Shown here in pieces: positions 29,720 through 39,641 of a stretch of DNA of 64,000 bases. Both the position numbers and the translations under genes were made by a program. Numbering within the stretch: the first letter of the stretch is position 1; each line of letters opens with the position of its first letter. The stretch comes from Candidatus Freyarchaeum deiterrae (lineage in GTDB: Archaea > Asgardarchaeota > Jordiarchaeia > Jordiarchaeales > Jordiarchaeaceae). The notes beneath the pieces are model-generated. The model had not been told where the DNA came from, searched no databases, and saw nothing but the letters and a program-made list of their open reading frames with translations. Where the stretch lies: assembly GCA_037305845.1 (NCBI GenBank), contig CP147778.1, positions 832,001 to 896,000 on the forward strand, read 5' to 3'.

Positions 29720-30292
29720 TTGAAGTTGGGTGTTAGAGTTTTGGGTATTGCGGAGAGTTTTGTGAAGGGTAAGAGTGAGAGGTCTGTGCTTGCGGGAGTG
29801 GTTATGAGGGGTGATTTTCTGATTGACGGTTTTGCTTTTGCCACTATTGCTGTGGGGGGCATGGATGCTACCGAGGGTGTGATTAGTGTTTATAGGAGTT
29901 TGGATAGGAGTGATATTAACTATCTGTTTTTGAATGGTTGTGTTATTAGTTGGTTTAATATTGTGGATTTGGATCGAGTTTATGCTGAGCTCGGCATCCC
30001 TCTGGTGTGTGTAACTTATGAGGAGTCTGAGGGGTTGGAGAAGTATTTTAAGGAGTACTTTGCGGATTGGGAGGAGAGGTTACAAATCTATAATAGGTTA
30101 GGGGTGAGGGAGCTAGTCAAGCTTCGAACAGGTTATGAGGTTTATGTGCGTTATCTGGGGATGAGTAGGGAGGATGCGGTTAGGGTTTTGAACAAGTTCA
30201 CTCTTCAGGGGTCTGTTTCTGAGCCTTTAAAAACAGCTCGGCTGGTTTCAAGGGCGATTATCAGAAGCGGTATAGCTGACCTAGAGACCTAG
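29720..30292 (+). CDS. DUF99 family protein (endonuclease V-like)
   Basis: RVLGIAESF, LAGVVMRGD, VGGMDAT, NGCVISWFNIVD, EPLKTARL. Confidence 0.85.
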   Translation: MKLGVRVLGIAESFVKGKSERSVLAGVVMRGDFLIDGFAFATIAVGGMDATEGVISVYRSLDRSDINYLFLNGCVISWFNIVDLDRVYAELGIPLVCVTYEESEGLEKYFKEYFADWEERLQIYNRLGVRELVKLRTGYEVYVRYLGMSREDAVRVLNKFTLQGSVSEPLKTARLVSRAIIRSGIADLET

Positions 30293-30398
30293 TGCGGACT
30301 AGCACCAGAATTTTTCTCTATTTTTCCCCTCTTTTTTGAAGTTTAAGGTTTGTGAGTACGCTTTTCTGTGGTTTTGCCTGTTTTGTTTTGTGTTTGTT

Positions 30399-30857
30399 TT
30401 AGGGTTTTTCGGGTTCGTTTTTCTTGTTCCAGAGGAGGTCTTCTATGGCTTGGAAGTTCATTATGCTGTCTGCTTTTCCTTCAACTATTTTGAAGACTTC
30501 GTTTTCAAAGTTTTCTAATTCCGTTTTGTCTTTTTTTCCGTCTGTGGTTAAGGTTTGTTGTTTGTCTTGGAATTTTTTGTAGATTTTTTTGATTTTTGAC
30601 AAGTCTGATGAGTCTAGCTTGGCGTCAATTAGTGATATTATTGTAAATTCGGTGTCTTTGTGGAATATGAATCCGTTTTGTCCTAGTACGAATGATGAAA
30701 AGTCCCCGTCTTTCCCTTTTTCCGAGAATTGATTGGCGAAGTCGGATATTGCTGTAACAAAGTTGGTTAGTTCTCTAATTTTCAGGGTGCTTTTAGAGTA
30801 TTCTCTGGTGAATATCATTTTGCCCTCATTTGACAGTATGTATATTGCGTGGATCAA
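30399..30857 (-). CDS. Longin-like domain protein
   Basis: N-terminal MIHAIYILSNEGKMIFTREY beta-hairpin and FVTAISDFA helix, resembling longin/sigma-adaptin folds. Confidence 0.65.
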   Translation of the reverse strand: MIHAIYILSNEGKMIFTREYSKSTLKIRELTNFVTAISDFANQFSEKGKDGDFSSFVLGQNGFIFHKDTEFTIISLIDAKLDSSDLSKIKKIYKKFQDKQQTLTTDGKKDKTELENFENEVFKIVEGKADSIMNFQAIEDLLWNKKNEPEKP

Positions 30858-31320
30858 GCGTTTCCCCGACCTTTATTTTTGTATTTATCCTGAAATATAA
30901 TTACAGTAATCTAAAATAAAAATTTTTTGTATATAAGATTCACTACTAGAAAATAGTGAAAAACGTTCAGTTTAAAGTAAGGGTATATTTTTAGTATAAT
31001 TCTCAAAAGACTTGGTTTAAAGTGGGTTTGCTAGTTAAAAAGTCCAAGTGGCATTCCCTCTGTTTTGAAGAGTAAAAATATGCTTGAAGTAGTGGAACAT
31101 TGCTCGGAGTGAAAATTATCGATAAATGTATCCATCTGTAAAATTTGAGAATCTTGGCACAGTAGTTTGCCACTATACTCTTATCCATGTGGAGTTATTT
31201 GGAGAAATAACATTTTTTAATAGAAGGATCAGAAGTTATGGAATGGTTAGTGAAATAACCAGAAATCCTAATAAAGGGGCGAAATATTGTTGTTCACGGA
31301 TGTAGCCCAATCGAGATAAA

Positions 31321-31842
31321 ATGGTGTTAAACTTGGCGGAATCTAGTACAGAAAAAAATGTTGTGGATACGGAAAAGTTGGATTCATCGTTTCTTAGAAA
31401 GATAATGAAGCACCCCGGCGGTGAGAAAATTCTTGTTTGTCTCCAGTGCGGGGTCTGTTCTTCCAGTTGCCCCCTAAGGTTGGTGAATCCTGATTACAAT
31501 CCGAGAAAAACGGTTAAAAAAGCAATTCTGGGCATGAAGGATCAGGTGCTATCCAACGAGTTCATCTGGTTCTGCGCAGATTGCAACGCTTGCACGGAGA
31601 GGTGTCCGCAGGGTGTTAACCCCTCAGAGGTGATGAAGGCGATAAAAAACGTGGCGGTAGAGGAGGGAGTTATGCCAGATGCGGTTAAGAAGATTGTAGC
31701 CAACCTCGAGGAACATGGAAGAGTGTATCCTATAGAGGAGTTTACACAGGATGAGAGAGAGATGCATGATTTGCCAAAAATTGAACCAGACGCCAAGCTT
31801 TTCAAGATTAACAGAAAAAAATTGTTGAGGGAAAAGAGTTGA
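31321..31842 (+). CDS. hdrC: Heterodisulfide reductase subunit C
   Basis: CLQCGVCSSSCP, IWFCADCNACTERCPQGV. Confidence 0.9.
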   Translation: MVLNLAESSTEKNVVDTEKLDSSFLRKIMKHPGGEKILVCLQCGVCSSSCPLRLVNPDYNPRKTVKKAILGMKDQVLSNEFIWFCADCNACTERCPQGVNPSEVMKAIKNVAVEEGVMPDAVKKIVANLEEHGRVYPIEEFTQDEREMHDLPKIEPDAKLFKINRKKLLREKS

Positions 31843-32723
31843 GTGAAGAGGAGTTTGCACTATTCTTAGGATGCACCATTCCAGTGAGGGGTATCGGTTA
31901 CGAGATATCCACTAGGAAGGTTGCTAAGGAGTTGGGAATTAAACTAGTCGATCTCAACTTCTCCTGTTGCGGTTATCCTCTAAAAAGTGTGGACATGGTT
32001 ACTGCTAAATCGATGGCTACAGCTAATCTTGCGCTCGCAGAGTCCAAGAAGCTTAATGTACTTACGATTTGTAGCGCCTGCACCGGAACTTTGACCGATG
32101 CTTGTGTTAATAGGGAGAATCCGGTGGGGGAGCAGGTTAAAGAAGAGGTTGAAAAACAGGGATTAACGTATAACGGAACAATTTGGGTTAAGCATTTTGC
32201 GAGATATCTGTATGAGGAGTATGGTATCGAAAAATTAAAGGAGCATGTAAAGGTTCCTCTGAAAAATCTCAGGATAGCTATACATTATGGTTGCCACTAC
32301 CTGAAACCTTCTGAAATATACGATGAGTTTGATGACCCTGAACATCCGGAGAGCGTGAAGAAGATTATTGAGGCTCTCGGGGCTACCGTTGTAGATTACG
32401 CGGGTAGGCTTGATTGCTGTGGAGGAGCGACGATGACCTTTAACCAGAAATTGGGAGCTAGTTTGGCTAAGAAGAAGCTTGATAATGTTAAGAAAGCCAA
32501 TGTTGACGCTTTGGTTTTGTTCTGTCCGTTCTGCTCGATAATGTATGATGGACACCAGAGATTTATTGAAGAGGAGTTTAACTGCGGACCTTATAATATT
32601 CCAGTCCTCTTTCTGACCCAACTGATTGGTTTAGCGTTGGGTATAGACTCCAAAGAATTGGGGTTTGATTTTAACAGGGTTGATGTACAACCCTTATTAT
32701 ATAAAATAGGTAAGGAAGGGTGA
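31839..32723 (+). CDS. hdrB: Heterodisulfide reductase subunit B
   Basis: FLGCTIP, SCCG, HYGCHYLKP, DCCGG, CPFC. Confidence 0.92.
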   Translation: MSEEEFALFLGCTIPVRGIGYEISTRKVAKELGIKLVDLNFSCCGYPLKSVDMVTAKSMATANLALAESKKLNVLTICSACTGTLTDACVNRENPVGEQVKEEVEKQGLTYNGTIWVKHFARYLYEEYGIEKLKEHVKVPLKNLRIAIHYGCHYLKPSEIYDEFDDPEHPESVKKIIEALGATVVDYAGRLDCCGGATMTFNQKLGASLAKKKLDNVKKANVDALVLFCPFCSIMYDGHQRFIEEEFNCGPYNIPVLFLTQLIGLALGIDSKELGFDFNRVDVQPLLYKIGKEG

Positions 32724-35059
32724 ATGAAATGATTGGAGTGTTTATTTGTGAGTGTGGAGGAAACATCGGGGAAGTTGTTGACGTTAACGCGGTAAGGGAA
32801 GCCGTTCAAAAAATTCCAGATGTTAAAACCGTGAGAATTCAAAGGTTTCTATGCTCCAAACCAGGTTTGAATCAGATAATAGATTCGATTAAAAAACAGA
32901 ATCTGGATCGAGTAGTCGTAGCTTCTTGCTCTCCACACATGCATGAAGAAACATTTAGAGAAGCTGTGGTTCAAGCAGGAATTAACCCCTACATGTTTGT
33001 ACACACAAATATCAGAGAACAAGACTCGTGGGTAACAAAAGATAAGAAAAAAGCTACAGAAAAAGCAATAGCGATATTATCAGGAGCCGTGTACCGGGCC
33101 AGAAAATTGGAACCACTCCAACAGACCCGGGTTGAAATCTCCAAGGACGTTATGGTTATAGGCGGTGGAATAGCGGGGATAACGGCGGCTCTGCAGTTGG
33201 CGAACTCGGGATACCATGTTGTACTGGTAGAGAAAAAGCCGAGCGTAGGAGGAAAGATGGCTCAGCTTAGCAAGGTTTTTCCAACCCTTGACTGTGCACC
33301 CTGCATTCTTAGTCCAAGGATGGCGGACGTGGACAAGAGTTCCAATATTACGCTTCTAACCAGCTCAGAAGTTGAGGAAGTAGCCGGCGGGCCTGGAAAT
33401 TACCAGGTAGTAGTTAGAACTATGCCCAGAGGAGTTGATGTCACCAAGTGTCTAAGATGCGGCAAGTGTGAGAAGGTTTGCGAGGTTGAGGTTCCAAACG
33501 AGTATGAGGAGGGACTCTACACGCGTAAAGCGATACGCCTTCCGTTCGCACAAGCCGTTCCTTCCGCTTACGCCATTGACTTTGAAAACTGTACTAAATG
33601 CGGCGCATGCCAAGAAGCGTGCCCTGCAGAGGCTATTAACATAAATGAGGAAGAAAAGAGAGAAACCTACAACGTGGGAGCAATCATAGTCACCACGGGT
33701 TACGAACTTCTTGAAGAGGGCGAGATAGAAAGATACAAGATCGACGAATCATCCACCATAACCTCTCTCCAGTTAGAGAGACTGATAGAAAACGAACTTG
33801 CGGCTGGAGAAGTCTTGAAGAATCCTCAGGGTAAACGCATAAAGGATGTTGCTTTCATTCTCTGCGTAGGCTCAAGAAGCCCTCACAAGGGAGTTCCCTA
33901 CTGCAGCAAGGTCTGCTGCCCGTACGCGGTTAAGGAAGCAATACTACTGAAGAAGACTTTACCATACCTCAAAATATGGATATACTACATCGACCTGAGA
34001 ATGTCTGGACGGGGCTACGAAGAACTCTACAAACAGGCACGCGAAATGAACATAAACTTCCTCCACGGCAAACCTGCAGAGGTAACAAAGGATCCTGAAA
34101 CGGGAAGACTTCAGATAATCGCTGAAGATATTGACAGCGGCGAATTGATAAAGAACTCTGTGGACCTAGTTGTTTTAGCATCTGCTATGATCCCCTCCAA
34201 AGACCTGCCTGATTTAGCGGGTACGCTTGGCATCTCTATTGCGGAGGATGGTTTCATCGCTGAGAAGCATCCCAAACTCAATCCAGTATCAACCCTGAGA
34301 GAAGGTATATTCGCTGCGGGAACATCCCTTGGTCCCAAAGATATCAGAGAATCAGTGGTGGACGCCAGATCAACCGCTGCTCAAGCAATTGAATTCCTAG
34401 GCGAGGGATACAAGGACCTCTCACCAATTAAAGCGCGACTGGTGGGCGAGTGTCATGGGGTAGGCGAATGCGTAAGGGTTTGTCCCCACAACGCTATATC
34501 GATAAACGAAAAAACAGGGAAGGCAGAGATAAACATTCTTGCCTGTAATGGTTGCGGAGCCTGTATCCCAGTGTGTCCTTACAACGCCCTACAATTAGCA
34601 CACTACACAAAGGAGCAAATACTGGAGGAGGTAAAGGGACTCCTATCGGTGCCGTCAGAGGATTTGAGAATAATTGGATTCTTCGGAGACGCTACGGCTT
34701 ATCCTGCGGCTGACACTGCCGGCGTCGCACGTCTTCAGTATCCTCCGAATCTACTAATCGTAAGAGTACCATCTACCGCGGTGTTAGACATAGACACTCT
34801 CGTAAAAACACTCAAGATGGGTGCAGACGGAATCATGCTGTGCGAAAACGGAGATACGAAAGAAGGAGAATTAACGGAGCAGAACGTGAAGAAAGCGCAA
34901 GCCAAGATTGCTGAAATGGGAATGGAGAAAGATAGAATATTCTACCAGCCACTCGCAATACCCGCATACAAGTCTCTCCCATACCTAGTAGAAACCTACC
35001 TTTCAAGAATCAAAAAAATAGGAAAAGTAGGAGCCAAAGCCGCGGCAGCCCCCCTCTAA
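32720..35059 (+). CDS. hdrA: Heterodisulfide reductase subunit A fused to a degenerate MvhD-like domain
   Basis: GVFICECG, GGGIAG, FPTLDCAPC, CVGSR...YCSKVCC, GPKDI; C-terminal AYPAADTAGVARLQYPPN...GADG. Confidence 0.9.
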   Translation: MNEMIGVFICECGGNIGEVVDVNAVREAVQKIPDVKTVRIQRFLCSKPGLNQIIDSIKKQNLDRVVVASCSPHMHEETFREAVVQAGINPYMFVHTNIREQDSWVTKDKKKATEKAIAILSGAVYRARKLEPLQQTRVEISKDVMVIGGGIAGITAALQLANSGYHVVLVEKKPSVGGKMAQLSKVFPTLDCAPCILSPRMADVDKSSNITLLTSSEVEEVAGGPGNYQVVVRTMPRGVDVTKCLRCGKCEKVCEVEVPNEYEEGLYTRKAIRLPFAQAVPSAYAIDFENCTKCGACQEACPAEAININEEEKRETYNVGAIIVTTGYELLEEGEIERYKIDESSTITSLQLERLIENELAAGEVLKNPQGKRIKDVAFILCVGSRSPHKGVPYCSKVCCPYAVKEAILLKKTLPYLKIWIYYIDLRMSGRGYEELYKQAREMNINFLHGKPAEVTKDPETGRLQIIAEDIDSGELIKNSVDLVVLASAMIPSKDLPDLAGTLGISIAEDGFIAEKHPKLNPVSTLREGIFAAGTSLGPKDIRESVVDARSTAAQAIEFLGEGYKDLSPIKARLVGECHGVGECVRVCPHNAISINEKTGKAEINILACNGCGACIPVCPYNALQLAHYTKEQILEEVKGLLSVPSEDLRIIGFFGDATAYPAADTAGVARLQYPPNLLIVRVPSTAVLDIDTLVKTLKMGADGIMLCENGDTKEGELTEQNVKKAQAKIAEMGMEKDRIFYQPLAIPAYKSLPYLVETYLSRIKKIGKVGAKAAAAPL

Positions 35060-35060
35060 A

Positions 35061-35108
35061 AGTTAGTCCTAACGATCAGGAACTAACTCATATATCTTCT
35101 TTTTTTTT
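35061..35108 (+). terminator. Hairpin plus poly-T terminator after hdrA
   Basis: agttagtcct...aggaactaact inverted repeat followed by a T run. Confidence 0.6.
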
Positions 35109-35459
35109 AATTCATAATTTATAATAACCTTGATGGATAAAAAACTGAATTTGGATTTTCAGACCGCTCAATATCTTGCAGTTTATGAACTCTAGTAAAA
35201 AGCGAGAAAAAGAGATGAATTCAGATTCAATCTATGTGACTTCGAATTTTTTGCCGATGCTTAAAGCCTTGTTTCTTAAGGGTGGAGATGCAATGATTTG
35301 AATTTTAAGGTAGGTCGACCAAACACATAGTTCCCTTATCTGACGGCTAGAACTTTGAATAAGATACGGCTGGCTCTTTTGCCTAAAACAGCAGAGTTAT
35401 TTAAAAGCTCCTCAGTAATTTAATCAACTTTAATTTCTATAATTCAAGGGGTTTGAAAC

Positions 35460-37259
35460 ATGAGAATCATAAAGAGGGGTAAAAAACTAAAAATGTTATT
35501 CTTTGCGGCAATTCTTCTCACAGCAACAACCGTAATGGTCATCTCAGTCCAGAACCAAAACCAAAACACGTACCCACTCATCAACATATACATACAGAGC
35601 GTTTCCCAAGGACCCCCTGCTATCATTCGAGAGAAGACTATTCCAATCTCGTCTGACTACAATTTTTCAGGGAATGTCTATGATACTATAAATGTGACTG
35701 CGGACAACATAGTGATAAACGGAAACGGATACACATTGCAGGGCAATGGATCTGGAAACGGTTTCTACTTGAGCGGTAGAAGCAATGTAACCATAGAGAA
35801 TGTTATAGTCAGAGGGTGGCTATGCGGATTCTACTTGGAGAATAGTTTGAACAATAATCTTTTGGGTAACACTATAAATAATGGCGGCAGAATCTCTAAT
35901 GGTGCCAACAGAGGTTTCTACTTAGTTAACTCAAGTAACAACACTATTACAAACAACACCATGAACAACAACGGCTGGGGTTTCGAACTGGATTCCAGCT
36001 CGAATAACAACACTATTACAAACAACACCGCCCAAGATAACTTCTACAGCGGCTTCATCTTGGCAGGAGGGTCGAACTACAATAATCTTTCGGGTAACAC
36101 CGCTGCATACAATGGCTGGGGCGGTGGCTGGGGCGGCTTCCATTTGGATGGTTACAGTTCGTACAATAATCTTTCGGGTAACACCGCTGCATACAACGGC
36201 GAAGGATTCGATCTGTGGTCTGGTTCGTATAATATTATTACTGGTAACACTATCGTAAACTTCTGGGGTGGAGGCTTCGAAATAAGCTATTACTTTGTCA
36301 ATAACACTATTGAGAACAACACAGTCATCTCTACCGGCCCGTCTCTTATGGGTACTCTGTTATATGGTGTGTATATCTCGTTTTACTTTTATCAGCAGAA
36401 TATACCATCTGTCTCAAATTTTCTGATAGTAGGTTTATTGGTTGCGTCGGTTACGGTTGCTTTGGTATGCTCAGTGGTTGTCTCTAGGAGGAGAAAAGTT
36501 GTTGGCGCGGGCGAAGGAGTTTGGAGAATGCCTAGAGACGCGTTCTTAGTGGGTACAGTTGGAGGAATAATGGGATTCATAACCTCAGTCATAGGGATAA
36601 TATGGAGTATTGTAGTTAATGCACTTCTAACTGAAATAAACAGTTACTTAGGGCAATTGAGTTATTACACCAGCTTCTTGAATCCGATCACGAAGGTAGT
36701 TCCCTATCATGGCGAACCCTTCCCACTTCTACTAGCCTTTTATCCGTCTGCCTCTTCATTCTATGTATTATCTTTTATACTGTCTACATTTCTCATATTG
36801 ACCAGTGTAGTGATAGGTATTGGTTTCTATGGTACGTACAAAGCTGGTGGAGGGGCTATGGGTGTAGTGGGTCTTACCTTCAGTATTATAGGAATCACAT
36901 CGGGGGCTCTGCTAATCATTATGGGTAATCTAGCAACAGGCTACATGTATGTACAAATGCTCGTGGAAATGTCTTCTGCTCCCTTTTTGCCTGTACCTAC
37001 ACCGAACTTTCCGCTCATCTGGATAGGTTTTCTTATACTATGTGTTACTTTCATCTTGCTTGGTTCGGCTAGTATACGCGTACGTGAAATGACTGATAAG
37101 CCGGGTGCTTCTTATGCTGCGGGGGTCCTGAGCATCATAGGTGCGGTGTTTTTCCTTATAGGTAGCCTTTGGTATATACTACTAATTATTGGCTTCGGAC
37201 TGATACTTGTAGCTTTCATTCTCTGGGCCGTGATTTTCTACTCCTCCCGAAACCTGTAA
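35460..37259 (+). CDS. Exported NosD/CASH parallel beta-helix protein with multi-pass C-terminal membrane domain
   Basis: Signal-like N-terminus, Asn-rich (SxNNxIxxN) repeats including a duplicated ~35-bp unit at about 36078 and 36162, and about 7 TM helices at the C-terminus. Confidence 0.75.
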   Translation: MRIIKRGKKLKMLFFAAILLTATTVMVISVQNQNQNTYPLINIYIQSVSQGPPAIIREKTIPISSDYNFSGNVYDTINVTADNIVINGNGYTLQGNGSGNGFYLSGRSNVTIENVIVRGWLCGFYLENSLNNNLLGNTINNGGRISNGANRGFYLVNSSNNTITNNTMNNNGWGFELDSSSNNNTITNNTAQDNFYSGFILAGGSNYNNLSGNTAAYNGWGGGWGGFHLDGYSSYNNLSGNTAAYNGEGFDLWSGSYNIITGNTIVNFWGGGFEISYYFVNNTIENNTVISTGPSLMGTLLYGVYISFYFYQQNIPSVSNFLIVGLLVASVTVALVCSVVVSRRRKVVGAGEGVWRMPRDAFLVGTVGGIMGFITSVIGIIWSIVVNALLTEINSYLGQLSYYTSFLNPITKVVPYHGEPFPLLLAFYPSASSFYVLSFILSTFLILTSVVIGIGFYGTYKAGGGAMGVVGLTFSIIGITSGALLIIMGNLATGYMYVQMLVEMSSAPFLPVPTPNFPLIWIGFLILCVTFILLGSASIRVREMTDKPGASYAAGVLSIIGAVFFLIGSLWYILLIIGFGLILVAFILWAVIFYSSRNL

Positions 37260-37556
37260 TCCTTAGAAAAATACTAACAAACTATCACTCTTTTTTTGTT
37301 TATTTTCTAGGTTTATTGAATTGGTTGTTCGCTCTAGGGTCTACTCCAAACTGGAGGGGTAGGTGTTCCAGATGTTAATGGTTTTCAATTGTTCTACGAT
37401 AGTAAATATTGTGCAAGTGAAGGTTAGAACTCCATCGTAGTGTAAGGGCATAATATTTTTGTAAAAAATGAAGATTAATATGTTTGAAATAGGTAGAATT
37501 TTCTGGAGATTCTTGGTGCAATTTTAGATTCTAAAAGAGTTTATGGAGATTAAGGT

Positions 37557-38453
37557 ATGGTTAACGAAATAAAGACTGTAGCGGTGATTGGAGCAGGAGT
37601 TATGGGAAAGCAGATTGCTTCTTGGACTGCACTATACGATTATAATTTACGCATTTATGATATTAACCCCGAGGCGATGGAGGCGATGAGAGAATACATC
37701 GAGCGCTACTTCAAGCCGGAAGATGTTAAGGGAAAATCAGAATTACTTCGAAAAATCACCTATCACAATAATCTACCAGAAGCGGTGGAGAACGCGGACC
37801 TCATAATCGAGTCGGTGCCAGAGGATCTTAAGTTAAAGAAGAAGGTTTTCTCCCAGATTGACAAAGCAGCGCCGCCCCATGCGATTATTGCCACTAACAG
37901 CTCCTCGATTCCCGTCTCAAAAATTGAGGAAGCAGTCAAGCGTAAGGACAAGGCGTTAAATATTCACTTCTATCCGCCAATCAATCTGAGACCTATGGTT
38001 GATATCATGGGAGGACGTGAAACGAGTGACGAGACGCTTGAGAAGGGAAAAGCGTGGATTGAGAGCATCGGCTGTGTTCCACTCGTTGTGTTGAAGGAAT
38101 GCTTGGGCTTTGTCTTCAACCGAGTGTGGAGGGCAGTTAAGAAAGAATGCTTGAAAATCTGGGCTGAAGGAAACGCCGACTTTGAGGATGTTGACCGCGG
38201 TTGGAGAATATTCACTGGAATGAATATGGGGCCCTTCGCAATGATGGATGGGGTAGGTCTGGATGTGGTTTATGATGTCGAGAAGTCTTACTATAAGGAG
38301 AGTGGTAATCCCGATGATAAACCGCCGCAAGCGTTGAAGGATAAGATTGACCGAGGTGAGCTTGGGTTAAAGGCTGGGAAGGGTTTTTATGACTGGACTG
38401 GTTCACTAGATTTTACGTCTCCAGACTTTATTAAGCCTAAAAAGGAAAAGTAA
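37557..38453 (+). CDS. 3-hydroxyacyl-CoA dehydrogenase family protein
   Basis: GAGVMG, IESVPEDL, ATNSSS, HFYPP, GFVFNR, GPF.MMD.VGLD, G.KAGKGFY. Confidence 0.9.
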   Translation: MVNEIKTVAVIGAGVMGKQIASWTALYDYNLRIYDINPEAMEAMREYIERYFKPEDVKGKSELLRKITYHNNLPEAVENADLIIESVPEDLKLKKKVFSQIDKAAPPHAIIATNSSSIPVSKIEEAVKRKDKALNIHFYPPINLRPMVDIMGGRETSDETLEKGKAWIESIGCVPLVVLKECLGFVFNRVWRAVKKECLKIWAEGNADFEDVDRGWRIFTGMNMGPFAMMDGVGLDVVYDVEKSYYKESGNPDDKPPQALKDKIDRGELGLKAGKGFYDWTGSLDFTSPDFIKPKKEK

Positions 38454-38472
38454 TTTTACATTTTTAAAGGTT

Positions 38473-38499
38473 AAAGGAGAAATTCTTCTCTCCTTTTTT
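38473..38499 (+). terminator. Hairpin plus T-tract
   Basis: aaaggaga-aattcttc-tctcctttttt. Confidence 0.5.
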
Positions 38500-38596
38500 C
38501 CGGCATGTGCATGATGGTCAAGTAGGGGAATCATAAAACTTTTGGGTTAAATAGTGGTTTTCTTTTTCGATGAGGTGTTTAGTGAGGAGATAAATT

Positions 38597-39538
38597 ATGG
38601 ACGCGGAAGATGTTAAGAGGGTTGTGGTTGTTGGAGCAGGTACTATGGGTCATTCCATCGCTCAGGTTTTTGCCCAGGCCGGCATTGAGGTGGGTCTTGT
38701 AGATGTGGATGAAAAATGCCTGGAGCATGCTATGAGATTGGTAAAGTCCAATTTGGATACGTTAGCGGAGTTTAAGCGTGTGCCTATGGGTAAGATTCCG
38801 GCGATTCTCAAACGTATTCACCCATCTACAGATCTTGCCGCCGCGGCTCAAGATGTTAACTTTGTTATTGAGGCAGTTTCTGAAGTTGCTGATATTAAGA
38901 AGAATATTTTTTCGCAGTTGAATGAAATCTGTTCTGAAGATGTGGTTTTAGCTAGCAATACCTCTGGGCTAAACATTTTTAGCGTTGTGGAGGTCAAAAA
39001 GCCTGAACGGTTGATTATTTCCCACTGGTTCGCTCCGCCGCACATAATTCCTTTAGTTGAGGTGGTTCCGGGACCTATGACTTCTCCGGAAGTCGTTGCC
39101 TTTACTGCGAAGTTGATGGAAAGACTTGGCAAAAAGCCTGTGGTAATGAAAGAGTTTGTACGTTCCTTTATCGTCAACAGGATTCAAAACCAAATTTCTC
39201 TAGCGGTTTTGGAGATGCTGGATAAAGGTTGGGCAACTCCGGAGGAAATCGATTTAGCTGTGAAATCCAGTTTAGGCATTCGACTTCCTATTGTGGGAGT
39301 GGTCCAGACTTATGATTTCACGGGACTCGATTGTGTGCTCGATATAATGAAGAGTTATGGGAGAATTCACCCTCTCTTCGAGGAGAAGGTAAAGAAAGGA
39401 TACCTCGGAGCGAAAACTTCTAAGGGCATTTATGATTACGGCGGGCGGAGTGAGGAGGAAATTCTCAGGAAGAGAGATAGATTGTACCTCAAAATGCTTG
39501 ACTGTCTGGAGAGTATAAATGCTTTTGAACCTGTGTGA
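38597..39538 (+). CDS. 3-hydroxyacyl-CoA dehydrogenase family protein
   Basis: GAGTMG, IEAVSE, ASNTSG, HWFAPPH, FIVNRIQ, GAKTSKGIY. Confidence 0.9.
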   Translation: MDAEDVKRVVVVGAGTMGHSIAQVFAQAGIEVGLVDVDEKCLEHAMRLVKSNLDTLAEFKRVPMGKIPAILKRIHPSTDLAAAAQDVNFVIEAVSEVADIKKNIFSQLNEICSEDVVLASNTSGLNIFSVVEVKKPERLIISHWFAPPHIIPLVEVVPGPMTSPEVVAFTAKLMERLGKKPVVMKEFVRSFIVNRIQNQISLAVLEMLDKGWATPEEIDLAVKSSLGIRLPIVGVVQTYDFTGLDCVLDIMKSYGRIHPLFEEKVKKGYLGAKTSKGIYDYGGRSEEEILRKRDRLYLKMLDCLESINAFEPV

Positions 39539-39641
39539 CGCCGTGTTTGATTAGCTCAGTGCTGGAGGTTTAAAGTTCAATAAACGTTAAAACTCAGGGA
39601 TGCGCTTTTACATTATTGTTAATTAATTGTGAGGAATTTTT

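Noticed and set aside
31321-35059. Selenocysteine recoding in the hdr genes (and pyrrolysine in mttB at 43939-45438)
   Set aside because: All ORFs are full-length without internal TGA/TAG; HdrA has Cys in LDCAPC.
35255-35300. aaagccttgtttcttaagggtggagatgcaatg, loosely like an IS605 left end
   Set aside because: Hairpin is poor, the GCAAG lead-in is absent and no partner end was found.
35930-36200. Direct repeats of about 24 and 35 bp that could suggest a CRISPR array
   Set aside because: Only two copies of each, in frame within beta-helix coding repeats; no cas genes.
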